64,000 nt of DNA from Christensenellaceae bacterium. Its GTDB lineage: Bacteria; Bacillota; Clostridia; Christensenellales; CAG-138. The stretch is from positions 348,719-412,718 of the forward strand of contig OY771363.1 of the NCBI GenBank assembly GCA_963674535.1. Direction: 5' to 3'. Of the stretch, positions 35,676 to 44,439 are shown piece after piece; positions within the stretch are counted from its first letter, which is position 1, and every line of letters begins with the position of its first letter. The position numbers and the translations under genes were made by a program. The notes under the pieces are model-generated. The model ran no database searches. It was not told where the DNA came from and saw only the letters and a list, made by a program, of their open reading frames with translations.

Positions 35676-35984
35676 TTACGGGATCAGGGAAAGAATTTGG
35701 GGCTTGGGGCGTGCGCCGGCCGTCTGGTTGACGACTTTACCATCCTTCATGACAACGAGGGTGGGGATGCTCATGACCCCAAAGCGCGCTGCCAGTTCAG
35801 GCTGTTCGTCCACATTCACCTTGCCAACCTTCAGGTCAGCGCGTTCCGTGGCGATTTCGTCGATGATGGGAGATACCATGCGGCAGGGGCCGCACCAGCT
35901 TGCCCAAAAGTCTATAAGTACGGTTTTGCTTTCCTTGAGGATTTCCTGGTCGAAATTATCTTTCGTAATGATCGTGACCGACAT
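35676..35984 (-). CDS. trxA: Thioredoxin
   Basis: MSVTIITKDNFDQEILKESKTVLIDFWASWCGPCRMVSPIIDEI...VDEQPELAARFGVMSIPTLVVMKDGK. RBS AAAGGAG. Confidence 0.95.
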   Translation of the reverse strand: MSVTIITKDNFDQEILKESKTVLIDFWASWCGPCRMVSPIIDEIATERADLKVGKVNVDEQPELAARFGVMSIPTLVVMKDGKVVNQTAGARPKPQILSLIP

Positions 35985-36155
35985 TTTGATCGCTCCTTTG
36001 CTTTTGTTAAACCAATCATACCCCGCATCCGGCAAGGACACAGTGACTATGTTACATAGGCAAACCTCTGCGTAACCGCTTTACCGCGCTGTCGCAATAC
36101 CCGAAAAAAGCCCTAAATCAGGCACTTTTTTACGATTTTATCTTGCGCGCTTCTC

Positions 36156-36184
36156 TTGACGGCGGCAGCTTGGGGGATTAGACT
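36156..36184 (+). promoter_or_regulatory. Sigma-70-like promoter for the hut operon
   Basis: TTGACG, 17 nt, TAGACT. Confidence 0.45.
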
Positions 36185-36239
36185 CAAGTTGTTTCCCAAG
36201 TTTTTTCACATCGAATTTTCATATTGGAGCGACTGATAC

Positions 36240-37763
36240 ATGATAGAGATCAACGGCGGCGGGCTGACGCTTGAACAGGTGGCAAGAATTGCGCGCTCGT
36301 TCGAACCCGCCCGTATTTCCCCTTCCGCAATGGCGGCAATTGAACGTTCCCGCGCGATTGTAGACGAAAAAAGACGATCCGGCGCGGTGGTTTACGGCGT
36401 GACTACCGGCTTTGGCAAGTTTGCCGAAAAGCGCATTGCGGATGGGGACACCGAGCAGCTTCAGCGCAACCTCATCGTAAGCCACGCCTGCGGAACGGGT
36501 GACCCGCTGCCGACGGACGCGGTGCGCGCTTCCATGCTCCTGCGGCTTAACGCGCTTTCCAGCGGGTACTCCGGCATCCGGCTTTCCACAATGGAAACGC
36601 TGCTTGCCATGCTGAATCTCGGCGTGCATCCCGTCATACCCGAAAAAGGCAGTTTGGGCGCAAGCGGAGATCTCGTTCCGTTGGCGCATATGGTGCTGCC
36701 GATGATCGGCGAGGGCAAAGCGGAATACAAGGGCGAAACGCTTCCCGGCGCGGAAGCGATGCGCCGCGCGGGGCTGGAACCGATCCGGCTTGCGGCCAAG
36801 GAAGGGCTCGCGCTCATCAACGGTACGCAGATTATGACCGCCATCGGCGCGCTGGCAGTGTACGACGCGCTGCAGTTACTGAAAACGGCGGATATCGTTT
36901 CCGCACTGACCTGCGAAGCGCAAACCTGCATCACCGGCGCGTTCGACGAGCGGGTGCACCGCCTGCGCGCGCATCCCGGGCAGGTTGCCTGCGCGGAAAA
37001 TCTGCGCAAACTGCTTTCTGGCAGCGGGCTATCCAAAGAAGCGGTCGAAGGCAAGGTGCAGGACGCATACTCCATCCGCTGTATTCCACAGATTCACGGC
37101 GCAAGCCGGGACGCGATTTTTTACGCGCGGGACGCGGTGACCCGCGAGATCAATTCGGTGACCGACAACCCCCTGATCTTTCCGGACGGGGACGACGTGC
37201 TCTCCGGCGGAAACTTCCACGGCCAGCCCATGGCGCTGGCGTTCGATTTTCTTGCCATCGCGCTCGCCGAACTGGCGAACGTTTCCGAGCGACGCACAGA
37301 GCGGCTGGTTAATCCCTACCTCAACAACAGCTTGCCCGCGTTTCTCGCCCCGAACGGCGGGCTGAACTCCGGGTTTATGATCGCTCAGTACGCGGCGGCG
37401 GCGCTGGTTTCCGAAAACAAGATCCTCGCGCATCCTGCCAGTGTGGACTCCATTCCGTCGTCCGCCAATCAGGAGGATCATGTGAGCATGGGCACCATTG
37501 CCGCGCGAAAGGCGGCGGAGATACTGCACAATGCCGAACGCGTGCTTGCCATCGAGCTTTTCGCAGCGGGGCAGGCGCTCTCCATGCTCGGCGCGGAACG
37601 GCTCGCGCCCGCGACCCGCGCGGTCTACGACGTTCTACGAAAAGAAGTGCCGTTTGTGGAGCACGATGTGGTGATGTACGAGCAGATTGTCAAGTGCGAA
37701 CGGCTTGTGCGCTCGCAGGAGGTTGTTGCTGCCGCCGAAAGCGTCTGCGGCGCGCTGAATTGA
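36240..37763 (+). CDS. hutH: Histidine ammonia-lyase
   Basis: MIO-forming GSLGASGDLVPLAH, plus YGVTTGFGKF, NLIVSHACG and SANQEDHVSMG. Confidence 0.95.
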   Translation: MIEINGGGLTLEQVARIARSFEPARISPSAMAAIERSRAIVDEKRRSGAVVYGVTTGFGKFAEKRIADGDTEQLQRNLIVSHACGTGDPLPTDAVRASMLLRLNALSSGYSGIRLSTMETLLAMLNLGVHPVIPEKGSLGASGDLVPLAHMVLPMIGEGKAEYKGETLPGAEAMRRAGLEPIRLAAKEGLALINGTQIMTAIGALAVYDALQLLKTADIVSALTCEAQTCITGAFDERVHRLRAHPGQVACAENLRKLLSGSGLSKEAVEGKVQDAYSIRCIPQIHGASRDAIFYARDAVTREINSVTDNPLIFPDGDDVLSGGNFHGQPMALAFDFLAIALAELANVSERRTERLVNPYLNNSLPAFLAPNGGLNSGFMIAQYAAAALVSENKILAHPASVDSIPSSANQEDHVSMGTIAARKAAEILHNAERVLAIELFAAGQALSMLGAERLAPATRAVYDVLRKEVPFVEHDVVMYEQIVKCERLVRSQEVVAAAESVCGALN

Positions 37764-37787
37764 TGAAAGCTACGGAGGCGGTTGAAT

Positions 37788-39797
37788 ATGAGCGCAGAAT
37801 ATAAAACGCGAACAATTGAAATTTCACTGCCGGACGAACTGCCGCAACTGCCCGCGTTCGAGCCGAACATTCGCCGTGCGCCGGACCGCGGGTACCGCTT
37901 GACCCCCGCGCAGACGCGGCAGGCGCTCAAAAATGCGCTGCGGTACGTGCCGGAACCTCTCCATGAAACGCTTGCGCCGGAGTTTTTGGAAGAGTTGAAA
38001 ACGCGCGGCCGCATCTACGCCTACCGCTACCGCCCCGAGGGGCGCATCTACGGCAAGCCCATCGACGAATACAAGGGCAAGTGCCTCGCGGGCAAGGCGT
38101 TTCAGGTGATGATCGACAACAACCTTGATTTTCAGGTTGCGCTCTACCCGTATGAACTCGTGACCTACGGCGAAACCGGCCAGCCCTGCCAGAACTGGCT
38201 GCAGTATCGCCTGATCAAGCGATATCTCGAAGAACTGACCGAAGAACAGACGCTGGTGCTCGAATCCGGCCATCCGCTGGGGCTGTTCCCGAGCAGGCCG
38301 AGCGCCCCGCGCGTGATTCTGACCAACGCGCTGATGGTCGGCATGTTTGATAATCCCGACGACTGGGAGATTGCCGAGCAGATGGGCGTTGCCAACTACG
38401 GGCAGATGACGGCGGGCGGCTGGATGTACATCGGCCCGCAGGGTATCGTACACGGCACGTTCAACACGATTCTCGGCGTGGGCAGAAAGTATCTCGGCGT
38501 GCCTTCGGACGGGGATTTGACCGGCAAGATATTCGTCAGCTCCGGCCTCGGCGGCATGAGCGGCGCGCAGCCTAAAGCCGCGAACATCGCCCGCGCGGTG
38601 GGGGTGTTTGCGGAAGTCGACCGCTCCCGCATTCAAACACGGCTCGATCAGGGCTGGGTGGAGACGGTTTCGGACGATTTGGACGAGGTGTTTTCGCTCG
38701 CGCTCGCGGCAAAACACGCGCATAGGAGCGTTTCCATTGCCTATCACGGCAACATCGTGGATTTGCTGGAAGCCGCCATTGCGCGAGACTTCCCAATTGA
38801 CCTGCTCAGCGACCAGACCTCCTGCCACAACGCCTACAACGGCGGGTACTGCCCCGTGGGGCTGACGTTTGGCGAACGGACGGAACTGCTGCACCGCGAC
38901 CGCGAGGCGTTTCATTCGCTCGTGGATGCGTCGCTCAAGCGTCACATCGCGGCCATACGCATATTGACCGAACGGGGAACTCGCTTTTTCGACTACGGCA
39001 ATTCGTTTCTTAAGGCGGTGTTCGATGCGGGCGAAACCTGGATTGCGAAGAACGGCGTCGACACAAAAGACGGGTTCGTGTTTCCTTCCTATGTGGAGGA
39101 TATCATGGGGCCGCTGCTCTTCGACTACGGCTACGGACCGTTCCGCTGGGTTTGTCTAAGCGGGAGACACGAGGATTTGGTCAAAACCGACCGCGCTGCG
39201 ATGGACTGCATCGACCCCGACCGCTGCTGGCAGGATCGCGACAACTATGTTTGGATTCGGGACGCGGAGCAAAACCGGCTCGTGGTCGGCACCGAAGCGC
39301 GGATACTGTATCAGGATGAGGAGGGGCGGCGGCGGATTGCCCTGCGCTTCAACGAACTGGTGCGCTCCGGCGAAATCGGCCCCGTGATGCTGGGGCGCGA
39401 CCATCACGACGTTTCCGGTACGGACTCGCCCTTTCGGGAGACCGCGAACATCCGCGACGGCAGCAACGTGATGGCGGATATGGCGACCCAGTGCTTTGCG
39501 GGTAACGCCGCGCGCGGCATGACGCTCTGCGCGCTCCATAACGGCGGCGGCGTGGGCGTCGGCAAGGCGATCAACGGCGGGTTCGGGCTCTTGCTGGATG
39601 GCAGTGCGCGCGTGGACGAAATCATCGAAAGCGCGATTTCCTGGGACGTGATGGGCGGCGTCGCCCGGCGCGGCTGGGCAGGAAACGAGCATGCGCTCGA
39701 GACCGCCGCGCGGTATAATGATCGGGAAGGCGCTCGCGCGCACATCACGCTCCCGCACCTTGCGAGCGAAGAACTTTTGAATAAGATACTGGATTAA
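37788..39797 (+). CDS. hutU: Urocanate hydratase (long ~670-aa form)
   Basis: YELVTYGETGQ, GGWMYIGPQGIVHGT, SSGLGGMSGAQPKA and RDHHDVSGTDSPFRETANI. ATG at 37788 lies 9 nt after GGAGG. Confidence 0.95.
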   Translation: MSAEYKTRTIEISLPDELPQLPAFEPNIRRAPDRGYRLTPAQTRQALKNALRYVPEPLHETLAPEFLEELKTRGRIYAYRYRPEGRIYGKPIDEYKGKCLAGKAFQVMIDNNLDFQVALYPYELVTYGETGQPCQNWLQYRLIKRYLEELTEEQTLVLESGHPLGLFPSRPSAPRVILTNALMVGMFDNPDDWEIAEQMGVANYGQMTAGGWMYIGPQGIVHGTFNTILGVGRKYLGVPSDGDLTGKIFVSSGLGGMSGAQPKAANIARAVGVFAEVDRSRIQTRLDQGWVETVSDDLDEVFSLALAAKHAHRSVSIAYHGNIVDLLEAAIARDFPIDLLSDQTSCHNAYNGGYCPVGLTFGERTELLHRDREAFHSLVDASLKRHIAAIRILTERGTRFFDYGNSFLKAVFDAGETWIAKNGVDTKDGFVFPSYVEDIMGPLLFDYGYGPFRWVCLSGRHEDLVKTDRAAMDCIDPDRCWQDRDNYVWIRDAEQNRLVVGTEARILYQDEEGRRRIALRFNELVRSGEIGPVMLGRDHHDVSGTDSPFRETANIRDGSNVMADMATQCFAGNAARGMTLCALHNGGGVGVGKAINGGFGLLLDGSARVDEIIESAISWDVMGGVARRGWAGNEHALETAARYNDREGARAHITLPHLASEELLNKILD

Positions 39798-39926
39798 TTT
39801 TCTTTCTCTTAACAGAGAAAGAAACAAAGAGAATTAATTTCTCTGTTTCTCTCTTTTGAAAGAGAGAAGAAAAAGATAAGAATTTTCTCTGCTTCTCTCT
39901 TTTTTAAAAGAGAGAAGAGAAAAGAA
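39798..39926. repeat. AT-rich polypyrimidine/polypurine hairpin repeat, family 2 (three tandem ~45-nt units)
   Basis: TTTCTTTCTCTtaacAGAGAAAGAAA-CAAAGA; TTTCTCTGTTTCTCTCTTTtgaaAGAGAGAAGAAAAAGA; TTTTCTCTGCTTCTCTCTTTTttaaAAGAGAGAAGAGAAAAGAAA. Each is preceded by GAATT(A)A. Together they fill the hutU-ftcD intergenic gap. Confidence 0.6.
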
Positions 39927-39934
39927 AGGTTTTT

Positions 39935-40825
39935 ATGGCACAGATTATTGAGTGCGTACCCAACATCAGTTCCGCCGACACCGCGCTGGTTGCCGAAGCC
40001 GCGAGTGTCATCCGCAGCACCCCGGGAGTAACGCTATTGGATACTTCCAGCGACCAAAGCCACAACCGTTCGGTCATCACGTTTGTGGGCGACGCGGCGG
40101 GCGCGGAGGAAGCGGCGGTCAAGCTCGCCAAATTTGCGGCGGAGCACATCGACTTAACGAAGCATAAGGGCGAACACCCCCGCATGGGCGCGGTGGACGT
40201 CGTGCCGTTTATCCCCATTCGCGAGGCGAGCATGAGCGAGTGCATCGCGCTTTCCAAGCGCGCGGCGGAACGCATCTGGAAGGAAGCGGGCATCCCCGTA
40301 TTCCTCTACGAAGCGTCGGCTTCCGCGCCGAACCGCGAAAACCTCGCGAGCATCCGCAAAGGCCAGTTCGAGGGCATGGCGGAAAAAATACGGCAGCCGG
40401 AATGGGAACCCGACTTCGGCGGGCGCACCGTGCACCCGACGGCAGGGGTCGTCGCGGTTGGCGCGCGCGCGCCGCTGATCGCGTTCAACATCAACCTGAG
40501 CACGTCCGATGTAGCGATTGCGGACAAAATCGCCCGCGTCGTGCGGTTTTCCGGCGGGGGACTGAGCTGCGTCAAAGCCATCGGCGTGCTGCTCAAAGAG
40601 CGCAGCGTCGCGCAGGTTTCGATCAACATGACGAACTACTGCTCGACGCCGCTCTACCGCGTGCTTGAATTCGTCCGCTTTGAAGCGGCGCGGTACGGAG
40701 TGAGCGTCATCGGTACGGAGGTCGTGGGGTTGCTGCCCATGCGCTCGCTGATCGACAGCGCGGAGTATTACCTCGGCATCGAGAACTTCGATGCGGAAAA
40801 ACAGGTGCTGGAGTACCGGCTGTAG
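39935..40825 (+). CDS. ftcD: Glutamate formimidoyltransferase
   Basis: MAQIIECVPNISS..., HNRSVITFVG, HPRMGAVDVVPFIP and a GARAPLIAFNINL pattern. Confidence 0.9.
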   Translation: MAQIIECVPNISSADTALVAEAASVIRSTPGVTLLDTSSDQSHNRSVITFVGDAAGAEEAAVKLAKFAAEHIDLTKHKGEHPRMGAVDVVPFIPIREASMSECIALSKRAAERIWKEAGIPVFLYEASASAPNRENLASIRKGQFEGMAEKIRQPEWEPDFGGRTVHPTAGVVAVGARAPLIAFNINLSTSDVAIADKIARVVRFSGGGLSCVKAIGVLLKERSVAQVSINMTNYCSTPLYRVLEFVRFEAARYGVSVIGTEVVGLLPMRSLIDSAEYYLGIENFDAEKQVLEYRL

Positions 40826-40852
40826 CCGATATTATCGGGTGGAGGACGCGCC

Positions 40853-42082
40853 GTGCTGCTGATTCAAAACATAGGGCTTTTGCAAACGCCGCTCGGCACA
40901 ACGAGCCGAAGAGGTCGAGAACAAGGCGAAAACCGCAAGTATAGAAACGCCAGCGTATTGCTCGACGGCGGCGTGATTCGTGCGGTCGCGGAAAACGGCG
41001 CGGTTCCCGCCTGCCCGGACGATACGGAAGTTCTGGACGCGGAGGGCCGTTTCTGCACGCCCGGCTGGGTGGATGCGCATACCCACCTCGTGTTCGGCGG
41101 CTGGCGGCAGCACGAGATTCCGCTCAAATTGAAAGGCGCAAGCTATCTGGAGATCCTCCAGTCCGGCGGCGGCATCCTCGACACCGTGCGCCAGACGCGC
41201 GCGCTCGGCGAGGACGCGCTGTTTGAACGCGCGAAAGGGTTCGCCAGCGAACAGCTTGCGCTCGGCGTAACGGCAACCGAGGCTAAAAGCGGCTACGGGC
41301 TGGATTTGGAGAACGAACTGAAACAGCTTCGCGTTCTAGCGCGGCTCAAAAACGAAGCGGGGTTTGACGTTGTGCCGACCTTTATGGGCGCGCACGCCGT
41401 GCCGCCGGAGTTTGCGGGAAATCCGGACGCGTATGTCGAGTTTCTCTGCGCGGACGTCCTTCCGCGCGTGGCAAGCGAACGTCTGGCCAGATATTGCGAC
41501 GTATTCTGTGAAACGGGCGTGTTTTCGGTTCAACAGAGCAGGCGGGTTCTCAAAACGGCAAAACAGCTCGGTTTAGGGCTGAAAATCCATGCCGACGAGA
41601 TCGACTCCCTCGGCGGGGCGGAACTCGCGGGGGAACTCGGCGCGGTTTCGGCGGAGCACCTGATCGCAACCTCGGACGCGGGTATCTCCGCGCTGGCAAA
41701 CGGCAACGTCACGGCCTGCCTGCTGCCGGGAACATCCCTCTACCTCGATAAACCGTTCGCGCGGGCGCGGGCGATGATCGAGCGGGGCGTTGCGGTGGCG
41801 GTCGCTTCGGACTTTAACCCCGGGTCGTGTCCTTCGCTCCACCTGCAGCTCTGCGCGAACCTCGCCTATCTCAAATATCGCATGACGCCGGAGGAAGTGC
41901 TCACTGCGCTGACGCTCAACGCCGCCTGCGCAATCGGCCTCGGCCAGACGCACGGCTCGATCGAACCCGGCAAGCGGGCTGACCTCGTGCTTTGGAACGC
42001 GGACGGCATGGAACTGCTCTGCTACCGCATGGGAAGCAATCAGGCCGGGATCGTGGTCAAGAAAGGGACGGTCGTACAATAA
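40853..42082 (+). CDS. hutI: Imidazolonepropionase
   Basis: PGWVDAHTHLVFGG.R..E, SGGGI, EAKSGYGL, KIHADE and ASDFNPGS. GTG start after GGAGGA. Confidence 0.95.
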   Translation: MLLIQNIGLLQTPLGTTSRRGREQGENRKYRNASVLLDGGVIRAVAENGAVPACPDDTEVLDAEGRFCTPGWVDAHTHLVFGGWRQHEIPLKLKGASYLEILQSGGGILDTVRQTRALGEDALFERAKGFASEQLALGVTATEAKSGYGLDLENELKQLRVLARLKNEAGFDVVPTFMGAHAVPPEFAGNPDAYVEFLCADVLPRVASERLARYCDVFCETGVFSVQQSRRVLKTAKQLGLGLKIHADEIDSLGGAELAGELGAVSAEHLIATSDAGISALANGNVTACLLPGTSLYLDKPFARARAMIERGVAVAVASDFNPGSCPSLHLQLCANLAYLKYRMTPEEVLTALTLNAACAIGLGQTHGSIEPGKRADLVLWNADGMELLCYRMGSNQAGIVVKKGTVVQ

Positions 42083-42097
42083 CGGCGAAACACCGGG

Positions 42098-42128
42098 CAG
42101 TCCTCCGAAAACGGGGGATTGCTTTTTT
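42098..42128 (+). terminator. Intrinsic terminator after hutI
   Basis: CAGTCCTCCG-aaaa-CGGGGGATTG followed by CTTTTTT. Confidence 0.7.
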
Positions 42129-42180
42129 GTTGGATCGGTGGTATGCTCCAATGATTTTTAGCAGTAGGGGGCAATCGCAC

Positions 42181-42639
42181 ATGTTTACGGCAGAACAAGA
42201 GAAGCTGATTCAGCGGGAAATCGAACGTTTGCAAAACACGGACGAAGCGGCGCTCGACGCGCTGAACGAGGATTCTGTTTTGCGGAGAACGGCGTGGTTC
42301 AGCGATAACTGCGCGTCGTTCGATTTTCTTTCCGGCGATCCGCTGGAGGCGGGGTACAGCCTGCTGCTGGCGCGGTTTAGCATTTCGCCTGCGGAAGCGC
42401 CAATTGTGGTGCGGACGGAACAGAAGATCGCCTTTCACTCCCAAAACTTTTGCCCGACGCTGGAAGCCTGCCGCCGCCTCGGTCTCGACACGCGGCTGGT
42501 CTGCAAACGTCTCAACGAGCAGGCGACGGACGCGCTGGTCAAGCTCGTTCATCCGCGTCTGACATTTTCGCGCAATTACGAATGCCTCCGCCCGTACGCG
42601 CCGTACTGCGAGGAGATGATTACGCTGGAGGACGAATAA
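42181..42639 (+). CDS. Hypothetical Cys-containing protein (possibly ATC-hydrolase-like fold)
   Basis: Start MFTAEQ after AGGGGG. FCPTLEACRRLGLDTRLVCKRLNEQ...CLRPYAPYCEEMI recalls the L-2-amino-thiazoline-4-carboxylate hydrolase family. This is a weak recollection only. Confidence 0.5.
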   Translation: MFTAEQEKLIQREIERLQNTDEAALDALNEDSVLRRTAWFSDNCASFDFLSGDPLEAGYSLLLARFSISPAEAPIVVRTEQKIAFHSQNFCPTLEACRRLGLDTRLVCKRLNEQATDALVKLVHPRLTFSRNYECLRPYAPYCEEMITLEDE

Positions 42640-42655
42640 TACTTTGCGCGCAAAC

Positions 42656-42693
42656 AAAAAACGCTTCCGTCTTATCAAGGCGGAAGCGTTTTT
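42656..42693. terminator. Bidirectional terminator
   Basis: AAAAAACGCTTCCG-loop-CGGAAGCGTTTTT. Confidence 0.75.
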
Positions 42694-42707
42694 GTGATTC
42701 ATCTGGG

Positions 42708-44213
42708 CTATACGTTCTTCAGCGCGCTGGTCTCCAGTTTGTCGTAGGGCGAGAGGAACGCGTAGAGCTTCTGCGCAATGGCGTGCACGCCGCCGGTGGA
42801 GTTGCTCTCGATATTCAGCGGCATAAGCGGATCGTGCAGCGACATGCGGAGCAAAAACCAGTCGTCGCCTTCGCCCGCGCCGAACGAAACGCGGAGGCCT
42901 TCGTAGTTCTCCTTGGCCACGTACCAGCCCTGCGAAACGGCGTACTCGCCGAGGTCGCGCAGGATGCCGTTGCCGTACGCCTGACAGTCCGCGCAGGAGA
43001 GGTTCATGCGCACTTCCGTGCTCTCGGCGGGTTCGGCGAGCGTGTCGATCAGCGAAAACAGCGTGCGGCCTTCCTTTTTGAGCTGCGCCATCTTGATGAG
43101 CAGCTTCGTAATCAAAAACGCGCCGTCGTCGAGAAAATAGTTTTCCTTGAGCGCGCCGTGGCCGCTGGTTTCGATGGCAAGCTGGCAGTCGCGGCCGCTG
43201 TTGTTGATGCGGATGGCTTCATCTATGACGTTCTTATACCCGCGCTTGAAGCGGTGGTGCACGCCACCCTGCGCCGCGATAAATGCCGCGAGCCCGCTGG
43301 AGGTGATGGAGTCGGTCACGATGGTTGTGCCGGGATGCTCTTCGAGCAGCACGGCGGCAATCAGCGCGATGAGGCGGTTGCGGTTGATCTCCTTGCCGTC
43401 GGCGGCAACCGCGCCCGCGCGGTCCACATCCGTATCAAAGATGACGCCCATATCCGCTTTGTTATCCAGAACGCATTTGGTCACGGCTTCCATGGCGGTT
43501 TCGTCTTCGGGGTTTGGCGCATGGTTCGGAAAATGCCCGTCCGGCTCCAAAAACTGGCTGCCGGTCGTATCCGCGCCGAGCGGCTGGAGCACGCGGTCGA
43601 CAAAGAAACCGCCCGCGCCGTTGCCGGTATCGACGACGATATGGAAGCCCTTCAGCGGGTGATCGTAATCCTCAGCAGCAACGCTTTTACGGATGCGGTC
43701 GACGAGACCCGCGGCATAGACCGAAAGGAAGTCCACTTTCGCAAGCTCCCCGCGTTCGGCGGTGGGGATAAACGCGTTTTCCTGCGCGCGCGCAAGGATA
43801 GACGAGATTTCGCTCTTTTCCAGCCCGCCGTCGCGCGTAAAGAACTTGATGCCGTTGCGGTTCCAGGGTAGGTGGCTGGCGGTGAGCATGATCGCGCCGT
43901 CGTATTCGTACCCCTTGGTCACGGTGCTCATGAACATGCTCGGCGTGCTGGCAAGTCCGAAGTCCGCAAGATCGGCGCCCATTTCGAGGATGCCTTTTGC
44001 CGCAGATGCCAGCAGACGCTCGCCTGAAAGGCGGGAGTCCCGGCCAATGGAGAGCTTCAACTCGCTTTTATTGAACTTCTCCTGCAGAAAGAGCACGAAT
44101 GCCTTGGCAATGTTCTCCACCGCTTCCTCGGTCAGGTTGACCGGCTGGCCTTCAATGCCTTCCATTGCAACGCCTCGGATATCGCTTCCGTTTTGCAGTT
44201 TACGGTATTCCAT
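42708..44213 (-). CDS. Alpha-D-phosphohexomutase family enzyme (phosphoglucomutase/phosphomannomutase)
   Basis: GSDIRGVA, MLTASHLPWNRNGIKFF (active-site Ser loop), metal loop VDTGNGAGG / FDTDVDR, and ETSGH. Confidence 0.9.
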   Translation of the reverse strand: MEYRKLQNGSDIRGVAMEGIEGQPVNLTEEAVENIAKAFVLFLQEKFNKSELKLSIGRDSRLSGERLLASAAKGILEMGADLADFGLASTPSMFMSTVTKGYEYDGAIMLTASHLPWNRNGIKFFTRDGGLEKSEISSILARAQENAFIPTAERGELAKVDFLSVYAAGLVDRIRKSVAAEDYDHPLKGFHIVVDTGNGAGGFFVDRVLQPLGADTTGSQFLEPDGHFPNHAPNPEDETAMEAVTKCVLDNKADMGVIFDTDVDRAGAVAADGKEINRNRLIALIAAVLLEEHPGTTIVTDSITSSGLAAFIAAQGGVHHRFKRGYKNVIDEAIRINNSGRDCQLAIETSGHGALKENYFLDDGAFLITKLLIKMAQLKKEGRTLFSLIDTLAEPAESTEVRMNLSCADCQAYGNGILRDLGEYAVSQGWYVAKENYEGLRVSFGAGEGDDWFLLRMSLHDPLMPLNIESNSTGGVHAIAQKLYAFLSPYDKLETSALKNV

Positions 44214-44439
44214 ATTCCTAACACCCCGTTTTCGATTGGATGGGTTTCCCTGCTTAACCGTGCCGGCATTCGGGGAAGCCCATAGTTTTCTTATATTATT
44301 TTCGCATTCGCATTACGCTTTGTCAATTGCGCGCGACGCGCGAAAATCCGCCGCGATTGTATTGCTGCTGTGAATTCCTCTGGCGAGGTGCAAAAAAACA
44401 TGATATGCTGAGCACAGCAAGAAAGGGAGCAGGCAATTC

